Source of the DNA: the human T2T-CHM13v2.0 reference genome, Homo sapiens
DNA: 64,000 nt
Direction: 5' to 3' (one strand)
NCBI RefSeq assembly: GCF_009914755.1
Contig: NC_060930.1
This document shows positions 27,311 through 47,339 of this stretch, piece after piece (within the stretch, counting starts at the first letter, position 1; every line of letters begins with the position of its first letter). Position numbers and translations under genes: made by a program. Under the pieces are notes generated by a model. That model did no database searches, was not told where the DNA came from, and saw only the letters and a list, made by a program, of their open reading frames with translations.

Positions 27311-29294
27311 GAATAAGGCCTGTGTAAAGATATAGTGAAATATGTACTTGAAAAATTGGGAGGCATGGTGAGAAAAACAGAGGAATTAAATGCCAAGTTA
27401 AAGGATGTGGAGTTCACCTACTAAAGTATGGCTTACCGTGACACATATTTTTAAAAGGCAATCCTTGGTAAAAGCTCTGCCTTATTAAGATAAATTTTGA
27501 CAATAATAAGAAATAGATTAGGACAAGAGTAGATGTGAGAAAGACTACTCAGTATTCTACTTGGTAGGCTAGTTGGGCTAGTCTATGGGACTATCCCAAA
27601 ATAAAACTAAGAATGACTGGGCTTCAGGAACTGATATTGAGCCATGCAAGATGACAGCTAAGGGTAAATGAGATGCATTTAGTTAAAATGGTCAAAACAC
27701 ACAGGGATGGGAAGAGAGTCAAGAAAACCCTCTATAAAAAATGAAATACAATTTAAAAAATACAAAGCTTACAATTTAAATAATATTAATAAATTACTGT
27801 AAATCAAAATGATCTGCTGTTTGAGCCAAAATAGAATATAAAGTAAGTTAACCAGTTTTTTTTATGAAAGAGTATTAGGGGGAGTGTGTTGCTCCTTAGT
27901 TGTGTCCATACACCACTTCTCCTTAAGCTTTCTGCCTGGAGTCCATTTCCACGTGCCAAATGGGGAGAGGGGGCACAAGCAGAGGATGGCAGTCTTCATA
28001 GATTAAGAAGAAAGAGATTGGAATTTGGAGATGCTGAGGTGCTGGAATTTGTGTAGCAGTGTATGAGGAGGGTGCTGCCCAGAGGGAAAACTCCAGAGCA
28101 GGGTGATCTCCTGGAATTCTTGGCTGAGTACTGATCTGTATATGCATGGGGTAAAAGTCCATAAGACTTAAGAAAAAAATCATCAGAAATCCAAAGTCTG
28201 AACAACTCCTAGAGCTCACACAGGGCTGGGAAAAGTTCTTGATCCCACCAGCCAAGAGTATGTTGACCTTGCAGAAGACAGCATTTGGATAGTCCTCAGA
28301 AGGTGTCAAACACATGCAAAACAAGGCAAGGCCAAGGACAAGGTCCTACTAACTCTACCAATAAAATAAAATGAGCCACACTTGGATTCATATAGTTTAT
28401 TACTTATATGGAGAGTGAAATGAAGAGTAGCCAAAATGCCAGCTCTTCATAATTCCTGCCCCACTGATTAAAAAAAAAAAAAAAAGCTGCAATGAAATAA
28501 AAGGAGCTTTGTAACAATATTATGAGCTGCATGGTACCCCATGGCTGAATAGCAAACTGTAGACTATAGCCAAGAAGTTTTATAGTCTGCAGCTGCATCC
28601 TAAAATGTCCAAGGCAGAAAGCCTCATGACCCATCAGAGCTTAGGAGACAATGAGAAACCCTCTCTCAAGACAGCCACCCAGAGGAGATGGGGAGGGGAG
28701 TAGGTGATAGTACTTAGGAGCTCCTCATAGGCCTCCCATCCTCTCATTTGCTGGAAGAATCATAAGGCATTCTGCCAAATTTCAAATGAACTGAAGTTCC
28801 AGCCTTTGCCTGCATGATCTACGGGGAGATATGCAAAGTTGCCAGAGTGTCATGGGAAAGACATTCCTCTATGGAAGATTCATACTTTATTAGTGGAATT
28901 AAATTAGTACTTGACAAATAATTTTCTGGATATGCTATATTTAATATCAAAAGCAAGCCTTGAAAGTGCCAACAGATTCACAAGTAACTTTATCTTGTGC
29001 CAAAACACAATTGTTTTTAAAGAAACACAACAAAATCCAACCATCAACTATGTAAAATTACAGCATTTTGCATACTGCCAAAAGTTACCAGGAAATAAGT
29101 AAAAAGCAGGAAAATAAGATTCACACCTAGGAGCAATATGGGACCCAGAAATGACAAACATGGTGTAATTAGTAGAAAAAGACCTAAAACATCTAATATC
29201 AATCTTATAAAAATGTTCAAGGATATAAAAGAACATATGAATGAAATGAAAAGAGAAATGAAAGATATTAAACAAGTAAATACCTAAAGGGGAC

Positions 29295-29660
29295 TAATAC
29301 AGTTTGGCTGTGTCCCCAACCAAATCTCATCTTGAATTCCCACTCGCTGTAGAAGGGACCCAGTGGGAGGTAATTGGATCCTAGATGCAAGTCTTTCCCA
29401 CACTGTTCTCGTGATATTGAATAAGTCTCAAAAGATCTGATGGTTTTAAAAAGAGGAGTTCCCCTGCACAAGCTCTCTCTCTTTGCCTGCTGCCATCTAT
29501 GTAAGATGTGACTTGCTCTTTCTTGCACATCTTACCTTCTGCCAGGAATGTGAGGCTTTCCCAGCCACATAAAACTGTAAGTCAAATTAAACCTCTTTCT
29601 TTTGTAAATTACCCAGTCTCAGGTATGTCTTTATTAGCAGCATGAAAATGGACTAATACC
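29295..29660 (+). mobile_element. THE1A/B solo LTR
   Basis: 'gtttggctgtgtccccaaccaaatctcatcttgaattccc' ... 'gcagcatgaaaatggactaatac'; near-TSD GGGAC/AGGAC. Confidence 0.88.
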
Positions 29661-29725
29661 AGGACTTACAGAGATAAGCAATAAAAAAGAAAAAAATTTT
29701 GCTAGAAGGAATTAAGAACAAAGTA

Positions 29726-36197
<6,472 letters not shown>

Positions 36198-37029
36198 AAG
36201 AACAAAGTAAACGGTGTAAAACAAAAGATCAATAAACTTGAAGGCACAGCAATAGCCAAATGAAGCATAGAGAGAAAAAAGCCTTGGACAATATTAGGTG
36301 TTGTAACCTTTGTTGTAAATAAAGATGGGAGAAATGGGGGCACAAAATTTTGAAGAAATAATAACTGAAATTTTTGAATATGAACACTACAAACCACAGA
36401 TCCAAAAGGCTCAAGGAACCTGACGTGTAAAGAAGACCACATCAACATTTATTATAATCAAATTGCTTAAAAAGAGCTTTAAAGGAACAGTCTTAACAAG
36501 GGAAAAAGAATAAAGTTGTGCTTATGATAAATACTCTTAAGGAGAACTTATAATGAGGAATTTGATTTTGTCAGAAAGGTTACGAAACTGCAGAAGTGCT
36601 TTTGACCTGGTAAACAGATCAGATGAACAGATAAGGGTGGAGAAAGTGCTAGAGACATAGGAAACATATGGGGCCTGGGGGATGAGAGAGTGAGAGAGAG
36701 TGGTGTGTCTATATATATACATACATCTACATGTGTGTTAGTGTTCTTAAGAGGAATTGTGACTATAGAGAATGAACTAGAATCTTGTTTCTAAGTTTCA
36801 AGAGGTTAGGAAGAACTCTATAAGCTATAAAAAATCCTACCTCATAAAATATCAAGAAACTTGAGGATTTTAACAGATTCAGAAGGGAGTAACATCTGGA
36901 ATAAGGATCAGAGGGCCTAGAGGAGATATATGTAAAATCACATTTTCTTCCTCTGGCTTCAGTGAAATATTTCACACATTAGTCCTTCTCTGTCACCTTA
37001 CTTGACACTCTTCAACTCCTTAACTCCAA

Positions 37030-37600
37030 AATGTTGTTATTTGAAAGGATTCCCTCTTTGGCCTCCACCATTCTTCAGTTGACATGCTCTACCCGTGATC
37101 TCAATTACCATCTAAAAGCCCGTGACTCTCAAGACCAATGCTTTTCTCCTGCCCTCCAAGCACAAATATTCTAATAACTACTGGCATGTCCATCTAGAAA
37201 CACCACAGGTACCTTAAATTTAACATTTACAAATTTAGAAATTATTTTCCTTTCTTCCTCCTATATATGTACTATTTTTAATGGTATCCATAGTTCATCA
37301 AAAAACACAAGCAAAAGTCATTCAATGTTCTTTTCTCTTCCTCACTGACTGCATCTAACATGACACTAAATTCTGTTGGTTCTAACTCCTTAGTTATCTT
37401 TTATCTGTACTGTCATTTCTAACTCACCTGTGACTGTCCTAATTCACAAACTTTACCATCATTACTGTGAATGAACAATTGCTATACATCAAGCAATAAC
37501 ACAATAATAATCTTTCTAAATCTCAAAGAAGATCGTATGACTCTCCTGGTTAAAATTTTTCAATGATCTCCACTTCAGTTAAGAGATTCCCAAGTGTCTT
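37030..37600 (+). mobile_element. L2 fragment
   Basis: 'caattaccatcta...tgactctcaa', 'caccacaggtaccttaaatttaacat', 'cactaaattctgttggttcta'. Confidence 0.55.
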
Positions 37601-37979
37601 AGTCTGGGTACCTTGGGCGTTGCTTATTTCATTTACCACAGTGGCCAAATAAAACTCCTTCCCCAAATACACACCATACAGCTTATGCTTTCTCTCACCT
37701 GAAATACTTAACCCATGTTTTAATTCTGAGCAGTATCTTTTTCCTCCCCAGAGGTAGAGTTTATAGAAAGTCTTGTTTTTCAACTTTTTGTCACCAGAGT
37801 AGTATTTCTGAAATAATCTGAAACACTGTTATCTCAATGGTCCCACATCCTTCCAATGATTAAAACCAAACTCTATCAGCAAAATATTCAAAGTCTTTCA
37901 CTCTCGCTACTTCCTCCCTTGTTCTAAAAAATCCAGCTATATGGACCTCCCTACATTTCATTGAATGTAACTTGATTGA

Positions 37980-38440
37980 TTTTATTCATAATGCCCCAAA
38001 GATGAAAACAACTAATATTCATCAACAGGTATATGAATAAACAAAACATGTTATAGTCATACAATGAGATATTACTTAAAAACAGAAACAAACTATCAAT
38101 ATGTATATAATATGGATGATCTCAAAAACAGGGTAAGTGAAAGAAGCCAGAAATAGATGAACACAAATTATATAATTCCACTTCTATTAAGTTTGAGAAT
38201 AAACACAATTTATCTAATCTAATAAAAGTCAGAGTAGAAGTTGCCTCTACTCAGTGGGAGAAAGTCACTGGAAAGAGGCAAGAAAAACTTTTCTAGAAGG
38301 ATGAAAATATTCTATGTCTTGATTTGGTATGGGTTACATGGACATACACATTGATCAAGACTCATTGAACTGTACATTTAGAATGCACACTTGTGCATGT
38401 CACCATATATAAATTTAATTTCAGTTTAGAAAGAAAGTTA
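37980..38440 (+). mobile_element. L1M (MC/ME-like) 3' end
   Basis: 'tttattcataatgccccaaagatgaaaacaac', 'aagtgaaagaagccag', 'tcaagactcattgaactgtacattta'. Confidence 0.7.
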
Positions 38441-39819
38441 TAAAAATGGAATAAGAAGAGTCATAAGAATAGCTGACATTTATTGAGCCTTGTTCTGTGC
38501 TAAAATTATTACTATCCTCTGTGCAGAATCTTCCAGCACTTGCATTTAGATTGGTGGTATCTCATATAAGTGCTTCAGTGATGGTGGCTATTATTATAAA
38601 TACGTAAAATATGTCAAAATACTTACAGGATAAGGGGGTCATAATATAAACCCCTGGACAGTCACAAAATTACACCCTTTTTTCACTCTTTTATATCCAA
38701 ATGAGGATAATATCATTGCAATGATACTATGTTGTCATTTATAGGATCTGTTTTTACATCATAGGATTTTTTTCAGTTTTTATTTTTGGTACTTCAACTT
38801 GTGATAGCCACTAAAAACTTGATATGTACCTTTATTTGCGACAGTAAAATGAAAAAATGACTAAAATTGAAGGGGTCAGGACAGTTAAAGCAATTTTACT
38901 GGCTTTTATAAAAAGCTTAAAGGAATAACCTCCTAAGGTCGGGAATGCCTTTTTCTCCAGAAACGAAAAAGGCATCATAAAAAGACACTTACTGGGTTCG
39001 TAAAATTCAAATGAATATATTATTACCAAGTTCACAATATTAAAAGACAGATGATAAAAGGAGAAATGAAATATATGAAAGAAAATTGAAATTGATCATC
39101 AAAAATGCTAGGTATAAGAACCCTAGAAAATTCACTGGTAAACCAATTAGAATTACATTACAGTTCAAATGATTACCATAAAATCTAGTATCATTTGAGA
39201 TTTCATTTTTCTATTTTCCCAAGTAAAAGACAGAGCTTAGTCAAGTATACTTAAAATTCTTGTCATTTATCAATTGTCTGGTAACCTAAAATAAATCAAA
39301 CTCTGAAATGGTTATATAATATAGTTATTCTGGTTAATTTGACTAATTTATGTGTCCCTTAATCATTTTTTATCGAGTTACTAAATGAACAGAAAGCAAT
39401 CGTTTTTATCTATGATGCTAATCATCAGAGCCATTCTGTCTTTACATCTCTTTTGTGATCACTTCAGTTCTGTAAAATGGAAGCAGACACCAAATGAAGC
39501 TTCCATTACTTATGTGACTGATATCAACTATAAAATATTCAAATAAACTGCAACAAGCTATAAAGTCAGACCTTCAGGTAGGCTACCAACCAACAAAATA
39601 ATTCCTTCTCTTCCACATCAGCAGTTTTTTTTTTTTTTTTGTCACATGTGCTAAGTTAGTGAAGCAATTATTTTTTAAGTACATGTCTATAGCTTTTCTA
39701 TCCCTTACCACACACTGCCTGACATTTTTAAGCAACCAAATAACAATGCTATTTCTACAATTACATCTCTTATGAAACTGGACCTTATTTGATATAACAC
39801 TAAGAAAATAAAGATGAGC

Positions 39820-40760
39820 TTTTTAAAATTAATAGACTATTTTTACAGCAATTTAACTTTAGAGAAACACTGAACAGAAAGTACAGAATTCCTATACTCT
39901 TCCTGTTCTCTGTGTCCCCCACAGACTCTCCTGTTATTAACAGCTTTCATTAATGTGGCACATTTGTTACAATTGAAGAGCCAATACTGATAAATTGTTA
40001 TTAACTACAGTCTATAGTTTACATTAGACTTCACTCTTTGTATTGTACAGCTCTACAGGTTTTAACAAATGCATAAAGTCATGTATTCATCAATATCATA
40101 TCATAAAGAATAGTTTCAGGGCCATAAAAATCTCCTGTACTCCACCTATTCATCCTCCCTGCAAATCTTTTGCAACCACTCATCCTTTTACTGTCACTAT
40201 AGTCTTGCCTTTTCAAGAATGTCATACAGTTGGAATCGTGTAATATGTAGCCTTTTCTGATTGGCTGCATTCACTTAACAATACACACTTAAAGTTCTTC
40301 TATATCTTTTCATCGCTTGGCAGCTTTCTGTTCATAACTGACAAGTCTTCCATTATATCATTATACTATAATCATTTATCTGTTCACCTATTGAAGGACA
40401 TCGTTGTTTCTTTTAAATTTTGAGAATGATGAAAAAGCCACTATCAACATTTATATGAAAGTTTTTTTCTATAGATAGAAGTCTTCAACTCATTTAAGTA
40501 AATACCAAAGGACATTACTGCTGGATCATAGAGTTTAGATTTGTAAGAAACTTTCAAACTGTCGTCCAAAGTGAGTATACCGTTGGGTTTTTCAACCAAA
40601 AATGAATGAGAGTGTTGTGCTCCACATCCTCATCAGCATTTAGCGTCGTAAGTGTTTTTTATTTTTGCCATTGTAATAGTAGTAACACTGTGTCATTGTT
40701 GTTTTTATTTCAATTGTCTAATGACATACAATGTTAAACATCTTTTTGTATGTTTATTTT
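39820..40760 (-). mobile_element. L1M (MC/MD-like) 3' end
   Basis: 'catttgttacaattgaagagccaatactgata', 'tttcaagaatgtcatacagttggaatc'. Confidence 0.75.
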
Positions 40761-40761
40761 C

Positions 40762-41697
40762 ACAAGACCAGATGAGTTTGTTGGTCAATTCTACCAAACA
40801 TTGAAGGAAGAAATGATATCAATTCTCTCCTATCTGTTTCAGAAAACAGAATCAGAGACTGCTCTTGTTTTCTATGATGCCAGCATTACTTTCATACAAA
40901 AATCAAAGAAATAAATCACAAGAAAGGAAAAATGCAGACCAATATTTCTGATTGAACGTAAATGCAAAAATCTTCAAGAAAGTATTAGTAAAGTCAATCC
41001 AACTATGCATAAAAAAAATTATGTACCCTGACCAAATAGGATTTATTCCAGGTATGCAAGGCTGGTTCAGTGTTTGAAGATCAACTAATGAAATCCATCA
41101 TATTAACATTTTAAAGAAGAAAAATTATATTCTCATAGAAATAGATGCAGAAAAAGCATTTAACAGTACTCCACACCAGAAACCAGCCCAATTGTCTCAT
41201 AGAACTGATGTTTATGGTTTATTTTGAATAAACATAGAAATTGACTCTTCCAGTCTTAAAACTTGAGAAAGTTACATTTGTCTTATTTGAATTCCTTTCT
41301 CAGGAAACCAGCTATCAGAACTCCTAAATAATATCAAGTAACTGAAATTTACCAAATGTTTGTATCTGGACAATAAGACACCACACCCCTCACCCATCAT
41401 GATTGCCTAAGTGATTACCTGCCTCCTGTTGACAACTCTTCTTTACTCCTCCCTAATTCCTGTTTTCCTGCACATAGTTACATTTCTTCCCTGCTATATA
41501 AACCCCTGATTTTAGTTGGTCAAGGAGATGGGTTTGAGACTGATCTCCCATTCCCTCAGCTGCAGTACCCGATTAAATCCTTCTTCACTGGCAATACTCC
41601 TTGTCTCAGTGATTGGCTTTCTGTGTGGTGACCAGCAGGATCTAGACTAAACCCCTGGCTTTTTAATAGCACACCCATTCATGATGCAAACTCTAGG
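40762..41697 (+). mobile_element. Old L1 ORF2 (RT-region) fragment, inverted relative to flanking L1M pieces
   Basis: Homologous to L1 ORF2 'ccagatg...aattctaccaaacattgaaggaagaa', 'ccaggtatgcaaggctggttc' and 'atagatgcagaaaaagcattt'; interrupted by an LTR. Confidence 0.75.
41178..41671 (+). mobile_element. ERV1 solo LTR (MER66-like)
   Basis: Homologous to the split LTR at 6590-13079; 4-bp TSD CACC at 41174-41177 and 41672-41675. Confidence 0.8.
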
Positions 41698-41808
41698 CCC
41701 CATCTAGTGATGAGTGCATTGAAGACATTCTTCATCTTTGATAAAGGTTGTTTTTTTTTTTTATTTCTGGCATCTTCTTTTGATATTTTTTAGAGTTACA
41801 TCCCTCTC

Positions 41809-44163
41809 TGATATGGTTTGGCTCTGTGTCACCATCCAAACCTCATCTCCAACTATAATCCCCATGTGTCAAGGGAGGGACCTGTAATTCCTACATGGTA
41901 AGGGAGGCAGCTGACTGGATCATGGGGGCAGTTTTCCCCATGCTGTTCTTGTGATAGTGAGTGAGTTCTCATGAGATTTGATGGTTTTATAAGTGTTTGA
42001 CCTTTCCTCCTTCATACGCTCACACTGTTTCCTGTCACCTTGTGAAGAAGGTGACTGCTTCACCTTCTGCCATGATTGTAAGTTGCCTGAGGCCTCCCAG
42101 CCATGTAGAACTATGAGTCAATTAAGCCTCCTTTGCTTATAAATTACCGAGGCTCAGGTAGCATCTTTATAGCAGTGTGAGAATGGACTAATACAGTAAA
42201 TTGGTACTGCAGAGAGTTGGGTACTCTACAAAGATACTTGAAAAGGTGGAAGCAACTTTGGAAGTGGGTAATGGGCAGAGACTGGAACAGTTTGGAGGTC
42301 TCAAAAGAAGATAGGATAAAGTGGGAAAATTTGGAGCTTCCTAGAGACTTGTTGAATGGTTCTGACCGAAATGCTGATTGTGAGGTGAACAATGAAGTCC
42401 AGGCTGAGGTGGTCTTAGATGGAGATAAGGAACTTATTGGGAACTGGAGTAAATGTCACTAACAGTATGCTTTAGCAAAGAGACTGTTGGTATTTTGCCC
42501 CTGCCCTAGAGATCTGTGGAACTTTGAACTTGAGAGAGATGATTTAGGGTATCTCGTGGAAGAAATTTCTAAGCATCAGGGCATTCAAGACATGACCTGA
42601 ATTTTTCTGAAAGCATTCAGTTTTATGCACTCACAAAGAGATGGTCTGAAATTGAATCGTATGTGTAAAAGGGAAGCAGAGCATAAAAGTTTGGAAAATT
42701 TGCAGCTTGACAATGTGATAGAAAAGAAAAACCCATTTTCTGGGGAGAATTCAAGCAGGCTGCAGAAATTTGTGTAAGTAACAAGGAGCTGAATGTTAAT
42801 CTCCAAAACAATGGGGAAAATGTCTCCAGGGCAGGTTAGAGATCTTGGTGGTAACCTCTCCTACCACAGGTCTGGAAGCCTAGGACAATAAATGGTTTCG
42901 TGGGCCAGGCCCAGGGCCCTCACTGCTCCATGCAGCCTCGGGACATGGTACCCTGCATCCTAGCCACTTCGGCTCTGGCTATGGCTAAAAGGGGCCAAGG
43001 CAAAACTCCTGAATTGCTTCAGAGGGTGCAAGCCCCAAGCCTAGGCAGCTTACATGTGATGTTGGGCCTGCAAGTGCACAGAAGTCAAGAACTGAGGTTT
43101 GAGAACCTCCACCTAGATTTCAGAGGATATATGGAAATGCCTAGATGTCCAGGCAGAAGTATTATGCAGGGGTGAAGCCCTCATGGAGAACCTCTGCTAG
43201 GGCAGTACAGAAGAGAAACTAGGGGTTGGAGCTACCACACAGTCTTGACTAGGGCACTGCCTAGTGGAGCTGTGAGAAGTATGCCACTGTTCTCCAGACC
43301 CCAGAATGGTAGATCCAACAACAGCTTGCACTGTGTGCCTGGAAAAGCTACAGGGACTCAATGTCAGCCTGTGAAGGAGCTGCCCAAACTGTAGGAGCCC
43401 ACCCCTTGCATCAGTGTCCCCTGGATATCAGACATGGAGTCAAAGGAGATCATTTTGGAGCTTTAAGATTTGAGGACTTCCCTACTGGATTTTGAACTTC
43501 CATGGGGCCTGTAGCCCCTTTGTTTTGGCCAATTTCTCCCATTTAGAATGGGAGAATTTACCCAGTGCCTATACCCCCATTGTATCTAGGAAGTAACTAA
43601 GTTGCTGTTTATTTTACAGGTTTATAGGTGGAAAGGACTTGCCTTGTCTCAGATGAGACTTTGGACTTGGACTTTTGGGTTAATGCTGGGATGAGCTAAG
43701 ACTTTGGGGGACTGTTGGGAAGGCATCATTGGTTTTGAAATGTGAAAAACATGAGATTTGCAAGAGGTAGGGGTGGAATTATATGGGTTCAGTTCTATGG
43801 CCCCACCCAAATCTTATCTAGAATTGTAATACACATATGTCAAGAGAGGGACCTGTAATACCCACGTATTGAGGGAGAGAGGTGATTAGACCATGGGGGA
43901 AGTTTCTCCCGTGCTGTTCTCATGATAGTGGTGAGTTCTCATGAGATCTGATGGTTTTATGTGTTTGATAGTTCCTCCCTCACACACTTAAACTCTGTCC
44001 TGCCTCCTTGTGAAAGAGGTGCCTGCTTCCCTTTCTGCCATGATCATAAGTTTCCTGAGGCCTCCCCAGACATGCAAAACTTGAGTTAATTAAACCTCCT
44101 TTGTTTATAAATTACCCAGTCTCAGGTACTATCTTTATACCAGTGTTAGAATGGACCAATATA
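41809..44163 (+). mobile_element. Full-length THE1D/MSTA-like MaLR element (LTR-int-LTR)
   Basis: LTRs at 41809-42195 and ~43779-44163, ~1.6 kb internal region; TSD CTCTC at 41804-41808 and 44164-44168. Confidence 0.9.
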
Positions 44164-44168
44164 CTCTC

Positions 44169-45470
44169 CTTATATCATCCAACCATTCTTGCATATTGTC
44201 CACGTTTCTCATTAATGTCCACAGCATATTAATCATAGATATTTTTAATTCCCAGTCTAACCCTTCTAAAATCTCTACCACATCTGAATCTTCTCTTGAC
44301 GCTTGTCTCTTCGCTTTGTGTTTTCTTTGTTGTCGTTGTTTCGTTTTGTTTTGTTTTGTTTTTGCTGTTTTGGTATCACTTGTCATTTTTTGTGGAAAGC
44401 TAGACACAATATATCAGGTAAAAATAACTGATATAAACAAGTCCTTAATGTGAGGGGTTACGTTTATCCAGCTAGGAGTTAGGCTATGTTTACCATTTTC
44501 TGTAGCTACGCTGTTAGAAGCTAAATTTCATTCAGTGTTCTTGTTCTTGTCTCCACTGTTGTCTTTGGGTTTCTGCCAAGGCTTCTTCCTAAATAGGGTC
44601 TGAGACTTTCAGATCTTTCTGCAAATTGTAATCTCGTTATCATATAAGAACCATATTGGTGTGGCAGTAAGGTGTGCAGGGAAGTGGAAAGATGCAGTCT
44701 AAAATCCTATGTTTGGTCTCAGTCTTTACACAGCCTATGACCCTGGCTGTGACATTCACAAGTGCTTCTCAGCTATTTTCACCCACATAGGTGAGACAGA
44801 AGGCTGGAGTGAGATGGAGTTGATATTTCCCTTCCCCTGGGTCAGTTAGGATCTGGTATAACCCAAATGTGTTAGGCTCTGGTGAAACAGTGTCCTTTGA
44901 GGGCAGTCCTTTGTTAAGGAGAGCAAAGTGCTCTAGATTTACTTTAAAATGACTCCTATTCCTCTCCCCCTGCCAGAAAGTGTGAGGCATTTTTTTCCCT
45001 GATCTTCAAAGGCCTTAATGTGAGGTGTTGTATTTATCTGCCTAGGAGTTAGTCTATGTTTACTATTTTCTGTAGCTGTCATGTTAGAGGCTACATTCCC
45101 TCTAGTGTCCTTGTTTTTGTCTCCACTGTTGTCTTTGGGTTTCTGAGGACACTTCTGAGAACCTGATGGGGTTCCTAGAGCCAAAACTTATGAAAGGGTA
45201 CTCTGCCTTCCCAAGTAAAAAGCTCAGGCCTCCAGGAGATTTTCTTCTCCCAAGCTAATCTAGATTCAGTCTTGTAGCCATTAGTCAATTATCCTTTAAG
45301 CATTACTATCAGGTCTGGCAGTGTATTCTGCAACCCATAAACAGTATTCCCTGCATTTGCTTGCCTCTCTTATTTTGGGGGCAGTGGTTTTCCCTGTAAT
45401 ATCAATTCTCTAATGAATCTTAGAAAAGTTATTAACTTTCAATTTGTTCAGCTTATATTACTGCGAGGAT
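44169..45470 (-). mobile_element. Old L1M 5' region (continues from 41700-41808)
   Basis: 'ttcttgcatattgtccacgtttctcattaatgtccacagcatattaatcatag'; 3' edge 'tctaatgaatcttagaaaagttattaactttcaatttgttcagc'. Confidence 0.6.
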
Positions 45471-46049
45471 TTCTACAACCAAGCAGCTTGGCATTAAAAT
45501 CTATTTTGAAACTTGTTTTTCCTTCTCTCTCAACTTAGACTTAAAATGTACTTTGAAACTCTTTGTTTCCCTCCCTTCCCACCAGGCACTCTTTTGCACT
45601 GCACTTGCTTATCTAAATATGTGCTTGCTTGGAAATTTCAGGGGATAACCTTGAAATAAACCATGCAGGAAGAACAAGCAGCAGAATTCTCCCCAGCTAA
45701 GGATTACTTCAAGGCAATTAATCTACAACCTGGCCATTGTCAAGATGGTGCCCGCCCACACTCTAGTTGGACAATAACTCAAGGTAGCCATCAGAACAAG
45801 ACACAGAAACCCTGTACCCTGTCCCACTCCCACATACTTCTGATGCCAAGTTTCTCTTCTTAAACCCACTCACTTGCCTACAATTTTGAAATTGTTTTGG
45901 ACAATTTCAAAGACAATGGAAATGGCATGAGCCTGGCCATTTTCCAACTGCTAGCATTTGAATAAAGTTGCATTACTTTCACCGCACCTCACTTTTTGTA
46001 TTTTGCATTTCAAGCAGCAAGCAGCCAGACCTGAGTTCAACTACAAATT

Positions 46050-46067
46050 TGGTGCCCTGTGTGAAGA
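46050..46067 (+). promoter_or_regulatory. Retroviral primer binding site complementary to elongator tRNA-Met(CAU)
   Basis: TGGTGCCCTGTGTGAAGA versus TGGTGCCCCGTGTGAGGA (reverse complement of the recalled tRNA-Met 3' end plus CCA): 16/18 match, 4 nt after the LTR end. Confidence 0.75.
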
Positions 46068-47339
46068 GCTGTGCTTTCACAATGGTTTAGCCTCCCCATG
46101 TGAAGAACTGTCTGCCTGGTTTCCAACAAGTAGAGTAACTAGCTATGGCAGTGTGCCAGGGCTTACCCACTCATGCTACCAGGCAGTGACAGTTGCTCAT
46201 AAATTCCAGCTGCTCATGGCTAGCTGATTCCGTGGCTGAAACTCTATGGAGCTCCTCAGCAGCTACCAAGATGCTTTTGTCTTGGGGATCTTCCCATCTT
46301 CCTCCTTCACCCTACCCCCAGTGGCATCAGCTGCATATAATGCTGTACTGGTGCAGGTAAAGTGACATCTGGGAAATCAATGGGCTTCAAGGCTTGGTAA
46401 GTCACCCAATGCACCTAGGAATCCTCTATCTCTGCTACGTGGACTTTTTGTGCTGTTTGGACCTAGCATGGGTCATTCATACTGCTATTTTTGGCTTGTA
46501 TGCCACTTGGACTTTGCATGAGTCATCTGTCATGCCTTTTGGGCTTGAGACAAGATTTTAGAACTTCTCTCTCAATTTTTCCCTTTGTGGGAATTGGTTT
46601 AGGAGTACTCTATTTGAATTCAATTGTGTTTGTGTCTGCATTTGGATTTATGTCTGTTTCTATTTCTCTTTGTAAAAGTGATTGGTATGGTCTTTATCCC
46701 ATCTGCAGGTTCAGGTCCCACCAGAAAAAATGAGCCTGATTTTCTGAAAGCAGCAAGGTAGGTCATGCCTCTCCTTGTTAGGAGAAGAACAGATCTCACC
46801 ATCCTGGCTCCTGATTTTGTTACCCTCTTTAGGACTTCAAAGTATTCCCCGCATTTGTGTTACAGTTGGTGGGAGAGGAAGAGGAAATGTGTGAGCTTTC
46901 CTGCAGGCAATCTAAATGGGCCTGGAATCCTGCTGGTTGCTCCCTGTGTTACTTTAGATAAGAAAATAGGATCCATATCACCTGGGTCCAGTCCCTGCAT
47001 GATCCTCACTCTAACCCATTTTCTTTTTGTTTGGTTAATTTGTCACCTTATCTGTTGTCACTCTGTCTCATTTCACTGGGATTGCCAGGTCAGTAGGACT
47101 TGGACCTGGTATAAGACTGAATTATTAGGAAGGGCTGTGCAGACCATTGCAAACCCCTGGCCTACTTAAGGAACTCTGTCTTTGAAGTCTCTCGCTGTTG
47201 TGGCCATGTGGCAAAGCTTATACAAGCATGCCCACTGAGACTGTGAATGGCATTATATACACAAGGAGTTACAGACTAGGGGAGTTCATCCAGCCCCTGG
47301 GCCTTTGATTGAGGAGGAACTCAATATAGAGACAAAATT

